Origin: Girardia tigrina
Taxonomy: Eukaryota
DNA: 64,000 bases
Assembly (NCBI GenBank): GCA_001938485.1
Contig: MQRK01197175.1
Span: 1 to 64,000, forward strand
Direction: 5' to 3'
Each line of letters opens with the position of its first letter. Position 1 is the stretch's first letter. The position numbers were made by a program, and so were the translations under genes. Of this stretch, positions 41,330-53,314 are shown one piece after another. Under the pieces are notes generated by a model that made no database searches, was not told where the DNA came from, and was given only the letters and a program-made list of their open reading frames with translations.

Positions 41330-43005
41330 TTGTTCTTATAAATGTTAAAATGAAAAGCATAAAAGTTACAGAGAGACAAACAATATGATTTAGAAGATAA
41401 CATGTATTACTTAGAACCAAATTACTATAAAATAACATACAATTTGGGAGTCTATATTATCTTAATGTTTTAAAGCTGAGTATATTTCTTCTTTGGAGGT
41501 CATCGTCAACACCAGTACCTTTAGGGAAACCTGGTGTCTAAATTACAATCTCGTTTTTGATTTCATATAAAAATATTCTTAAAGATGTGTGGGTAAGTAT
41601 TGAAAGAGACTGAGGACTACTTCGTCATTCTTTACAAATACCGATGGTACAAACTATTCTTTTCATTGCCAAATCTAGTTTTTCATGATGCTGGAGCAAA
41701 TGAAAGAGTGGTAATCTGTATTTATCTCCCCTCCAAGGACTTCATAAAACACGAAAATACTTGAGCCTAAAATAGATTATCAACTCATCGATTCCGAAAT
41801 ATTTTGGTACACAAGTGGTCCATTAATTACCCAAATTTGAAACATCAGTAACAAGAAAATAGGGTTAAAACGTTTAATACTTCAACAAAAATAAGTAATA
41901 AACATTATAAAGCAGTCTGAAGAACGAGACTTTGGCTTTTTAGTGATCTTTTACTAACTTTCAGGCATATAAAATGTTTCTGGATCTTCTTCACTAAAAT
42001 TTCACAATTAATGTTAATATTTTTCTAATAAAGATACCATGACTCTTAAGGAAATATTTGGACAACAAATTCTTGGAAATAAACAATACACAATAACCCC
42101 ATTAATTTTCAAGCAAAAATCCCAAAACAGGTTTTTAACTATTTTATTATAATATTTGTACTTAAAATACGTTGAAATATTAATAAATTTTACTAAAAAA
42201 ATCCAAGAAAGTTGCTTTTTTCAAAAACTTCTGATCAATTGAAGTTCAAATCCTAAACATCAGACAAGTAGAAAGGTTCCAATGGGCTTAAATTTTAGAG
42301 GATGTAAAAAGTGTTGTGTAATTACAATTATATCACTGAATCAAGTTAATTGGTCAAAATTAAAATATTAGAAAAGGAAAATAAATAAGGAGATTTACAA
42401 CAGAAAGTAGAAAAAAAATCAATCATACTGTATTAAAATCGAAATAGTTGATCGAGCTCGAGAGATGTTTTGTTTTTGAATTAGGAATGATTGTTGTGTT
42501 TTTCGGAATTAATTGGGATTGTGTTTGATATTGGGGATTGCAAATAAATCATCCATTGAAAACATCACCATTGTATCATCAAATTGACTGTAATGTCGAC
42601 GGAATAATCTTGCAGAGCTGGATATTATTTCAACACTCAAATTCCCGTTAGCAAAACTAAACCAATCATATTGATTTTTTTTAAAGCGATCAATATTAAT
42701 AATTATAAATATACATATATATGTATAAACATATTTAATTTTTATATAAATAAATATATAAGTGACTGTAGGTCACTATAAATTAAAAAAACACACACAC
42801 AGAAAAATAAAAATGTACATTTACAGTTACTACACATAATATTTATTTAAAATTTACTACAGTATTATACAGTTTAAAACGAGTTAAAATGTAAAAAAAT
42901 TCCTTCACTAAACAGGCAACATTTAGAAAACTGAAATTTCACATCCACGAGTTACTTCTGGTATGCGGTAAAAATTCATTTTCACTACTTAACTGGGGTG
43001 ACTTT

Positions 43006-43050
43006 ATTAACCCTTTGAACGCGTTAGTCGACTATAGTCGCCCTGATATA
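43006..43050. mobile_element. Possible piggyBac terminus
   Basis: TTAA|CCCTTTGAACGCGTTAGTCGACTATAGTCG; no confident partner end. Confidence 0.4.
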
Positions 43051-43568
43051 ATGTTTAATAATGTTTAACGTGATCAAATGGTTAAGAGTTTCAGTGAAAT
43101 TTAGAAATTATGTTGAAATTGTTTAGAATTAATATTGATTGAATTTATTATGTTAAAAAAATTAAGAGTAAAACAGAGAGGACTGGAAAGGAAAAGACAG
43201 ACCATTACAAATAAGGGAAATAACCACATAATCTGATATCAAATGAACTGTTATTAAAATATGAATTGACTCCTTCCATCTTGCATACATTTGTCTAATA
43301 TTTGATTTAGTCAATTTCAAAAAAAATGTTTTTTAAAAAGAATATATGTATAATTAATTAATTTTTAATCAAATGAAGTACGCTTTTATAACATTTATAA
43401 TGATATAATTACATTATTTTCACCATAGAAACGAAACATAAGAATTATTTTTCGTGTGATTTTATAATGAAAAATCATTTATTTATCACTAATTACTTAC
43501 TACTTATTAGTTAAATTTTTTATTCTTGCATTATTATTTATTTATTTGTAATTTTTTATTTAATATAG

Positions 43569-43629
43569 ATAACAATTTATCTCGGTAAGCGTGATTTTTT
43601 GGACAAGAATGGAGTCGTTGATCCTATCG
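43569..43629 (+). CDS. ARRB: Beta-arrestin exon (ITIYLGKRDFLDKNGVVDPI)
   Basis: TAG acceptor, 61 nt, GTGAGA donor; YLGKRDF polar-core motif; phase-1 end joins 49036. Confidence 0.93.
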
Positions 43630-43758
43630 GTGAGAACTGTTTTTGGTAAATTAAATAATAAATATCAGTAGAAATAAAATAATATTAGGTCGTCAAGAAT
43701 GAAATACTATCGAAACACCTTTGATATTTAAACCTCAGCTGGTTGAAGCCATTAGAAT

Positions 43759-44232
43759 TGTGAGGAATATTTGAATGTTTGATGTTTTGTGTTTGAATGT
43801 GTATGTTGATTTGGAAATGTGTCTCTCCTACCCATATGGATGATTAATATTTGAATTCTTATTATCTAAATATATGTAATGTTTAAATTTATTTTTAATT
43901 TCAAATAATTTTAAAATTTTAAATAAGTTACCAATTAATTTTTATAATATTTAATAAATAAATCAAATTAATATTTTTTAAATAATTAATAATCATTTTA
44001 ATTATTATCCAAAGAGTTTTGAGTAAATATTTTATTAAAATATTTATTTCCCATTTGCTAAAAAAAATAATGAGAATTAAGTCATTAATCAATTTCGTTT
44101 AGAATGCAAATGTACGAAAGTTTTGACAAAGATTGTCTTAAGGACAATCAAAATTGTTGTTTAAATAAAAATATAAAAAGTCAAATTGGTGTTCTTAATA
44201 AGAATAAAAATTTTGTGGGCAAGAATTTATAA
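43759..44232 (+). repeat. TGTGAGGAAT module copy C with 42-aa micro-ORF (44104-44232)
   Basis: Same three motifs as copy B; MQMYESFDKDCLKDNQNCCLNKNIKSQIGVLNKNKNFVGKNL*. Confidence 0.65.
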
Positions 44233-44249
44233 ATTCCTATTGAATTTTT

Positions 44250-44670
44250 TTCCTTTCAAAAAGTTGTTCAAATTGAGAAATGGTAGTCATTTGGGGCTAG
44301 GTTTGGTGAATATTGATGATGATGCATAAGTTACAACTGAAGTTCCTGTAGTTTTGTCGCGGATTTTAGGGCAGTATGGGGTTTTGCATTGCCGTTGAGC
44401 AAGATCGGAACCGACATGTTTGCCAAACGCGGCTGTTTTTGTTTGAGTTTTCCTCTCTTATCTTCAAATTGGTGGCAGATGTCTGCACATCTGCTGTGAT
44501 CGACGAACCACGTTTCATGAATTCATAATGTGTTACACCTGAGACAGACCACCAAGCACTCCCCATCGGCTTCTTTTGGGGAATATTTTGCTTTTGACTA
44601 TGTTTTGTTACTTCATTCGTGTTCAGTCACAATTGATATAAAATTGAACAATTTTTATCTGGAGTTAATT
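44250..44670 (-). mobile_element. Highly degenerate mariner fragment
   Basis: SAWWSVSGVTHYEFMKRGSSITAD and a remnant YSPNLAPNDYHF. Confidence 0.7.
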
Positions 44671-45220
44671 CAGATCAACCAAGAAAATTTTATAAGGACA
44701 CAACAGAAAGAATTAAATTATTTGTTTAGAAGTACGATGAAAAGAATATGTAGAGTTCAATTTCAATTTAAAAGCGTCTTAATTATATTATAATAAAAAA
44801 TCATATTTCTATTGAGTTTTTGTATATTATTATTTTTAATTTGTTTAAAATCTTATTCTAAAATAATCCTTTTAGAAGTACCAATTTACACTGTTAATAT
44901 GTGCGAATCATGAGCTATTCTGAATACAATGAATTGAATTAATATTATATTTTGGTAGTTAAATACAGAAGTAAAGAAATAACTAATGATCTCAAAAAAA
45001 CGATAAATTCTTATTAAATTTACTTGAAAAATCAATTTACATTCGAAGAACATTTAAAATATTTAAATGATTATTTTATTTTCAAATATTTATTTGACAT
45101 TTTTATTTTATTAAAATTCATTTAGGAAAAATATTAAAATATTTAACAAATTTTAATAATTATAATTACACATTTAATGTAACCAACATGAACCAATTCA
45201 AAAAAATGAAAAATTATTTT

Positions 45221-45326
45221 GGTTTCGGAATATTTTTGACCGCGATATTTTCGTCTCGCGACATTTTTGTCATACGACATTTTTATCCGCTATATGTTTA
45301 CCATACAATATTAAGTTCCAGATCCA
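45221..45326. mobile_element. MULE-derived MITE
   Basis: GGTTTCGGAA...TTCCAGATCC ends with tandem CGACATTTTT-like repeats. Confidence 0.5.
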
Positions 45327-45743
45327 TTTTTTTAATGGACTTCTTATACTAGAAAATTAGTAGAGGTTGAACCACTTCTCCAAGAAGTGAGCAATATTTG
45401 TCATTTTATTTGTATTTCGTTATTTTACAAAAAAATATAAATAAACATTCATCCCTTCAATTATATTTAATGCCGAAATTCAGATTTTTAATTAGCTGGG
45501 GTCGAAAAGTTAAATTTATTAAACAGAAAATTGAGTGCTTAAGAGCCTTTTCGAAGGATTTTAAAATATAAGAAGTTAACAAATGATAAAGCTAAAGTAT
45601 ATATCTTTACCTATATATACACTTAAGACAATTCCACTTGTGTCTAAAAATTGGAAAAAAAAGAACATTTTCTGCTGTTATAAGTTTTATAGTTAAACTA
45701 AGGCCGAGATGTAGCGATAAGAAGAACGAAAAAATTTAATATA

Positions 45744-47570
45744 CCGTATATATCGGCGTTGAAGACGAGACTTAAAATCCAGTAAATAAGGTTCGTCTTC
45801 TACGCCAAGTAGAAATTTAATGGTATTAAAAAATATAACATGTAAAGATTTTATTTAAGAAAGAAAGTGGACTTATATTTTAATAAACACAACAAACAAA
45901 CATAGGTACCTATAAATATAATTTAGTTAATCAAAATAAACATCAAATCAATCACTTGAAGTTTTTACAAGTCATCTTTCTGTGTTAATCTTAGAAAAAC
46001 AACTTCTCAAGCACGTCCGGGGACTCATTGTTTAGATTCTCGTCATAGAGATCCCAACTCGAGTCATCTGAATCGGTGTGTCCTTGCTCATCATCATCAT
46101 CAGTGTCCCATAATAAATCATCTTCTGTACCATACATGGAATTTGAGATACCACATTTTTTAAATGACTTTACTACAGTCTCAACTTTTATTTTATCCCA
46201 TACTTTGATCACGAAGTTGCATAATATATCAAGTGGTGGAGCTCGCATTGCTCCTCCAGCTGTAAATGATTTCTCACCATTCAACATCCAATTATTCCAC
46301 TCTGCACGTACATGATCCTTAAATGGTTTGTGCAAGGAAACATATAGAGGTTGCAATACAGACGTTAAACCACCGTGTATAACAGCGACATTAGTTTTAT
46401 TTTCTGATAATAGAGTTTTAACGCTATCAGTTAGATGACTGCGAAACATATTCCAAACTAATAAACTGCGTTTCTTAAATAGACCACCTGGTTGAGTGTT
46501 CCATACATTATTTATCCACAATTTGACCCCGTTTTCATCCATCCATCCTTCATCATAAAAATGAACAAAAACACCAGAAGGAAATTTTATTTCCGGTTTT
46601 CTTTTACGCTTGAAGATGATCATAGGTTGCAACTTTGTCCAATCAGCTAAACACGACAGAACCACAGTAAACCGTGTTTTCTCATTACTAGTACTTCGAA
46701 CTAGTACCGTTTTAAGACCTTGGAATCAACTGTTCGATTGCCCACCATGTCGAGTTTCATCGGGTTTCATCCATGTTTGCTATATTTACTCGTAATAATG
46801 GAGACTCATGTTTTTTCCTAAAATTAATAATGAATTGGTGGAAACTTGTAACTTTATCCTCAAGATCTGCTGGTAGTTTTTGAACAAGTTTTGTTTTCTG
46901 CCGTAGTTCTAGATTTTTCCTGTTCATGAAACGGCTGCACCATCCTGAGGTCGCTTGAAATCCTGCACTCTGTTCTTGATTTAATTTTGACTACTTTAGT
47001 ACATGTGCTCTTATCATATTTCTTGTGATGATATAGCCAATCTGCCCCTGTTCAAGTACCCATTCTGCAATATAATTTTCAAGTTCGGGCCATCGGATGA
47101 TTCCTGTTCTCATTGCACATTTTTTCCTTGGCATCTTCTTTAAAATATCTTCATTCATTCTCCAGTCTCTTATCATCTTCTCGGTTACGCCAAACTTTCT
47201 TGCAGCAGCACAGTTGTTTAATTCTCTGGCTGATTCGACCACTTTTATTTTGAAACTTGCTTCATATTTCCTTCGTTTTGTTGGCTTCATTATTTCGATA
47301 TTATCCCAATAAAAAATTATAAATGAAGCAAATTAAGCCTATTTATAATACAAATAATATACAATAAATTTTATTGAAATATATTGTAAGAATCCAATCA
47401 AAATTCAATAACAAAGGATGGAATATGTTAGATTATTTTACAGAATTTTTCATTTCAAATAGCTACGTACCTACCAATCTTTTACCACTCGTCTTATAAA
47501 ACCGATTGGCATAAAATTCATGAAATGTTCTCTGAATCTTGATCCTTGTCTTATAATGCCAATAATAAAC
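45744..47570 (-). mobile_element. pogo/Tigger-like transposon, second family member
   Basis: TA|CCGTATATATCGGCG terminus; MKPTKRRKYEASFKIKVV HTH ORF 46991-47290 and DDE ORF 45991-46665 (GWMDE, IHGGLTSVLQP, KSFKKCGI). 5' end degenerate. Confidence 0.9.
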
Positions 47571-47929
47571 TTGTAACTTTATCCTCAAGATCTGCTGGTA
47601 GTTTTTGGGCAAGTTTTGTTTTCTGCCGTAATACTAGATTTTTCCTGTTCATGAAACGGGAACAAACACCGTTTATTATTTTGCATGTTGTGTTTCATAT
47701 GGAAAGATAGCTGCGGTGGAATCTTACAGATCTTTTGACTTTCTTTTCTCAGCTCGCACTTTCTATTTGCCAGGGACTCTCCATGTAGTACAAAACTTTG
47801 ATCCTAAATTTAACCGACTTTTCATTAAGCTGGTGACTTGAAATTTCGTATATGTATGTATTCATACTACTTAGCATATGTTGTTAAATTATAAAGTGAC
47901 CAAATAAAAAACAATAGAAGAAAATATAA

Positions 47930-48640
47930 TGGCAATGAAGATAGAAAATGCAAAAAGAGATCGTTTTCTATTTCGCAAAAAAATTTATTTTTTTAGCTTT
48001 GAAATTAAAAGCATGTTTGGCAATAAATCTCCAACGACATTAAGATTATGTTCGGATCTCATTTACCAATATACATGTAATGAGTGTAACGCCACATACA
48101 TTGGAGAGACTTCACGTCATCTCTGTAATATAATCCAGGAACACAGTCGTAATGAAGGTGGAAGTAACATTGCAGGACATAGAAGACCTTGTAAAGAAGA
48201 TATAAATTAACAACACTTTAAAATTATGTGCACTTAATTAAAAAATTATTGGGAGAGAGTGACATGTGAACCGTTATATATAAGATCTTTGGATCATATA
48301 ATTAACGTTCAAACTGCACTCTCTACAACTTTGTTGGGAGTTTTTAAATGATGTACTGATTACGTATTGATTGCATAATCATTAACTGCATTATATAAGT
48401 ACATGCAGTTAATAGTCTGCCACTTGTCTTCAAATTTATTCACAATTTTAAAAAATAGTATAATGGTTCTTTGAATACAAAACCAGAATTATTAACTCAC
48501 ATTTACATTCTTATTTCTTTTAATTTTACTTGTTCATATAAAATATTTTATGGGAGAAATTCTGGAATCCAGGAAGGATGTTATAATTAATCCCGAAATC
48601 ATAGAACTAAGAAAAGTGCGAAGTGGGAAAACTTCTAATT
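47930..48640 (+). mobile_element. Penelope-like element 3' fragment (GIY-YIG endonuclease)
   Basis: LIYQYTCNECNATYIGETSRHL..IQEH, ending INVQ; degenerate hammerhead-like sequence near 48570-48605. Confidence 0.85.
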
Positions 48641-49035
48641 ATTATACATATAATTGGTGTAACAGCATATATATTATTTTGTATATACATTTTGGACTAT
48701 AGTCGAACGCATAAATCCTCTAGAGAAAAATTAAAAACAATTTCAGTATAAAAATATATATTTTCAATAAGTCATCAATTAGTTCAAAATATTGTAAAAA
48801 TTAATTAAAATTATATAATTATAAAATTTATTTCATTTAATAATATTAATTAATTAAAATAAACTTTTTTTATCAAAATATACAAAACCCCTTTTGCTCG
48901 TTTTTTTATGAATATTAATGAGGTCCTTTTTAATAAAATAATTAATCAAATTATAAAAGATTTAATTTAATTAAAGGAATTTATTTTTTATATGTTTGGA
49001 ATTTTTTTAATTTAGTAAATCTTTTGATATTTCAG

Positions 49036-49277
49036 AAGGCATAGTCTTACTCGATCCCGATTATATCAAAGATCAAAAGGTATTTGTTCATGTTCTTGCG
49101 CTTTTTCGGTATGGAAGAGATGATCTGGACGTTCTTGGACTAACATTTCGAAAAGATTTGTATCTATCAACTCAGCAGATCTATCCTCAAATGGGTCCAA
49201 TCAATCAAAAACTAAGCAAATTACAAGAAAGATTAATAAACAAACTTGGAGACAAAGCAGTGCCATTTGTATTTCAG
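49036..49277 (+). CDS. ARRB: Beta-arrestin exon (EGIVLLDPDYIKDQKVFVHVLALFRYGRDDLDVLGLTFRKDLY...LQERLINKLGDKAVPFVFQ)
   Basis: TTTCAG acceptor, 242 nt open frame, GT donor; FRYGRDDLDVLGLTFRKDL finger-loop and LQERL motifs. Confidence 0.96.
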
Positions 49278-49324
49278 GTTTTAAAAATTTTTATTTCAAA
49301 CTAAATAAAAATCACAAATATTTA

Positions 49325-50207
49325 TTATTATTAAAATTTTACAATTGCCCAGACGGGACTTTATCTGAATGTTTGATGGTAGTTTTTTTTCTGCAGCGGC
49401 ACGGTTCGCCAGTCGGTACCCACTGCATGCGAGTTCAATACTTCAGTTTGTTCAAGTACATCTAACACATATAGGATTGTGCCGTGAAGTTCAAGCATGA
49501 ACTCACAATTCGTCTACAGAATCTTCCTCGTCCAATACAGCCTTTTCCTGGAGTAGAAGAGTATCTCTAGGATTGTGTTTAGGATCACGAAACTCAGATT
49601 ACGTCCATCACAGAAGGCTTTCCAAATTCTTGCAGACCATCGGATGTTTGATCGGACAGAGGCAATCGCAATGACCTTTTCTCTGCCTTATAGGAAAACG
49701 GTATCTAGTGGTTTGCTATTGGCAGGGATCCATGTGTCAAGAGCACCTACAACAAATGTGCACAGCAAAACTGTGGGATCACGGTATTTATCTTTAATTG
49801 CATCGCGAAGAGGTTTGTACTTAGCCAAGTTTTCCCTGTTCGCTTTGTCCAAGTTCTCCTTCTCATCAAAAGGACACTTCACATCAATCAGTACTATTCG
49901 CTTACGATCCGGAAAGAACACTTGCAAATCAACCCTCAAGGTTGAATAAACAAACCTGCAGGTGACATTTACATACAATTCAGCATTGCAATGCTCTTGG
50001 ATTTCAGTCTTTAAAATGTCAACCACCATGTCATGGCAAGCATTTATATAGGCCTGAAGAGTATCGCAATGAGAAACAACATGAGCTAAAGTTTCATTGT
50101 AGCCTCTACATCTACGACAAACAACAACATTCTGGAGACGGCATCCAACTTGAAGAGTATAGGATCGACTACGATGAACAAAATCCCATTCAGAGTAGGA
50201 CAGACAA
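49325..50207 (-). mobile_element. 5'-truncated RLE-type non-LTR retrotransposon (NeSL/R5/Utopia-like)
   Basis: CRRC..ETLAHVVSHC zinc knuckle, CHD, RVDL..LIDVKCPF, KY and VVGAL restriction-like endonuclease motifs; 3' UTR ending in (AAT)n. Confidence 0.88.
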
Positions 50208-51129
50208 CTATTGAAAACTACAGAAGTTGAGAAACCAGAAATAGAGAGAGAGAAGAGGCGGAACGACCAGCACTTGTTTGCTTCTTCCAGTAATTAAGAT
50301 AGTGAAGAGAGAGACACTTTCGAAGAAATATAGCAATCTTATCTTTATCTTGGTAACTAATGGTGGAAGAAACCTGATACGATTCATTCTGTAAAAAGAT
50401 GGAGATAATAAGAGATGGATGACTGTCACCAAAGAGTTTCTAAAAGAGTTTCGGATATCATAATTGTTAAGTACGCCATCTGCAGTACAGATACTTTCTT
50501 CAGGCATTAAGAAATAAAATCAAGAAAGTCCACAAAATTTATCAACTAATAATAATAATAATATTTTTCCAACAAATTTAGGAGATTTTTGTGATTTTTT
50601 TAACTTAACTGTTTTTTATAAATAAATATATGATATAATATTAAAATATCGGTAAAAAGAAATTAAAATCTCTAACATAAAATTCTTATTATGAAATCTT
50701 ACAATAATCATTACTGGTAGTGATAGGTCAAAGTCACAAAATAGTTATTTTTTTCTTCGCTTTTTTGTAAGATCTGATTTGAAACATTCAACTCAGTAAC
50801 TCTTTTAATACAAGATTGGAGGGAATTCAAAAATATTTTTAAAAATTAAAGATATATTTTATTCGGGTAATTCTAATATTGAAAAATAGAAAGAAAGTAA
50901 AGAAAAGGAAAGAAATATTTGTTTAAATTTATGTGTCAAATCATCAAGAAAAGTTTGATCATAATGAATTGTAGTTCTAATATTGAAAACAATCTAAACC
51001 CAGCGAACATTTATGAATATTCTTATCTAATATTCTTTCTTCTGTCTTTTCTTACTATATTTTGTGTACTTACATGTGTAACAGGCACCCGTCGTAAGAA
51101 TTGCTTTATTCTGATATGATTCGACGAAG

Positions 51130-51870
51130 TCTACCTAAAAACCGTTGAAGAACTTTTAAATAGAAAACAACAGTAATTTTGACCATTTGGGACAAATTCA
51201 CGGGGAATGATTGATTTACTAATAAAAAAACAATAACCATTGTTTTGATTTTGATGGAATATTTTGGCTTGAGACGACTATTTCGAGTTTTAATCCGTAC
51301 TTTGACATTTTTTGGTTTATACTGAAAACATCATGTTTTGTCATCAGTGTCAATTGATTTCTGTGATGTTAGACTGTTATTTACAGCTTTTATGATATCT
51401 CTCTAATGTTGCACTCCCCTCAGTTTTCGTTCTCCGGTTAGTGTGTGTAAAACAATTAAAACAGACCTTTGTTTTGCCTAAATCTTTCATTAATATTTGA
51501 CAAGTTATTTCTTTGTGGATGTTTATTGTCTTTTTCATCATTCTCCGTGTCGTATTAGGATTGTTAGGTATCGATTTTTGAACTTTTCAAATTGACTTTG
51601 ATTTCTACTCGTTCGCTGTCTTTCATCAATTTTTGCCTCTAAATAATCGTTACTGCTAATCAAAATTCTTTGACTGTAATAAGCATTCACTCTCATAAAC
51701 GTTTTGAATTATTTTGAACTTTGTAAAATGAAATTAAAAGAACACTTTTTTGATGACATTGATAAACATCCAAAGAAGGTCGACGTCCATCTTAGAAGTA
51801 ATACTAAAAACGCAAGAAGTCGAATAGCGTTACTGACAGCTTGATTCCATCATTACATTCATTAACTCTG
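51130..51870 (-). mobile_element. Degenerate retroelement ORF, possibly a Penelope N-terminal region
   Basis: Coding-like but heavily disrupted; weak resemblance to the PLE N-terminal FLxxCxxxxVxP pattern. Confidence 0.3.
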
Positions 51871-52782
51871 GTTAACTCGAAAGACCAAAATTAAGGGTAA
51901 AATATCTCTCTTTAAAGCTAAAAATTCATATTGTTTTACTGAAGAATATAATTATTCAGCGTACTCCCCGGACTTCCCTATAAACTGACCGGTGGTGAAT
52001 TTGAAGCTCCGGTATGTCGTTATCGTGCTAGGCCCATTTAAATTTATCATTCAGAGTGATCATCATTTATATTTATGAATGTTGAATTCAAATAAATCAC
52101 GATTCAAATTTCAGTCTCAAAGAGAATGAGAGAAAAATGAAAACTATTATATTTTGTACAATTTTGTATTCAAATTAAAAACACCATTCCATCGGAAAAA
52201 TAAAATATTTGAAATCATAAATGAAATAGCCCTCAAACAACTTGATCAATTCAAAATAAATTTACACTTGATCGAAATTCTGTCAATCGAGCATCAACAA
52301 TATAAAATTCCGTGAAAATTTAAATCGTCAATTAATACTCTCTACCAAAAAACAAGAAAAAAGGGATTTTAAAATGACTCTTTTTCCACCTGTCGCCAAG
52401 CTCGCTCTAATTGGTTGACCAACCAAAAAGAGTTGTTTTCCAATTTGGTCTACTACATGCACACACTCTGGGGACTATAACATAAATCGACTATTAATGA
52501 GTCATTATGTAATAAATAAAATGTCAAGAAAGGAAGATGAATTTCTGAAAAAAACATTATTAAAAGACATATGAAAATAAATATTATTTTTATAAAACAT
52601 ATGAACAAAGAAGTCTTTGTTCGGGATTTAAATTTGATAATAATAATAATTCAAATTCATATTTTTAATTGAAATATTAAATTAGTTTAAATCCTTTATT
52701 TTATTAATTACTTTTTTTCTTTTTTAACAAAATAATTAAGGCCATAAGTTTATACTGTTTAAGTGGAGAACATAATTTAACG

Positions 52783-53314
52783 TTATGACCAATATAATAT
52801 ACATATAAGAACCTTATTAAGAACATTTAGACAAGTTTCATTTGAATTTTTATTGCAATTACATTTAGAGTCATTAACACTCTCAGAAGGTCTTTCATCG
52901 TTTGCCATCGTTCTAATTGGTTCTCTTATTTCTGTTTTTAATCATGATTATTCGAACAATTTTTTAAGTTATTTTTTAAAATATTTAACCTCTAAAAAAT
53001 ATTAATTAAAAAATGATAATTTTTATTATTTCTCAATAAATCTCAAAATAATAAAAATGTCATCAAATTATTAAAAATGCATTTAATTTAAATTTTACTA
53101 AAAATTATTAAACTTAATTTTAATTGTTAAATTAAAACTATGAACTTATAAAATGATTATTTTAATTATGTTCGAATAGTCAATCCTTTAAATTTGATAA
53201 AAAATACCAATTTCCATCTGGGTGAGAGAATCACCATTCTAAATTCAACATACTTAAATCAACATACAGCATCACTACATTTACACATTCAAACAATTTA
53301 AAATATTCCTCACA
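52783..53314 (-). repeat. TGTGAGGAAT module copy D with 41-aa micro-ORF (52908-52783)
   Basis: Head nearly identical to copy A; MANDERPSESVNDSKCNCNKNSNETCLNVLNKVLICILYWS*. Confidence 0.65.

Noticed and set aside
47567-47659. 93-bp duplicate of 46842-46934
   Set aside because: Piece of another pogo copy or a local rearrangement; no independent function evident.
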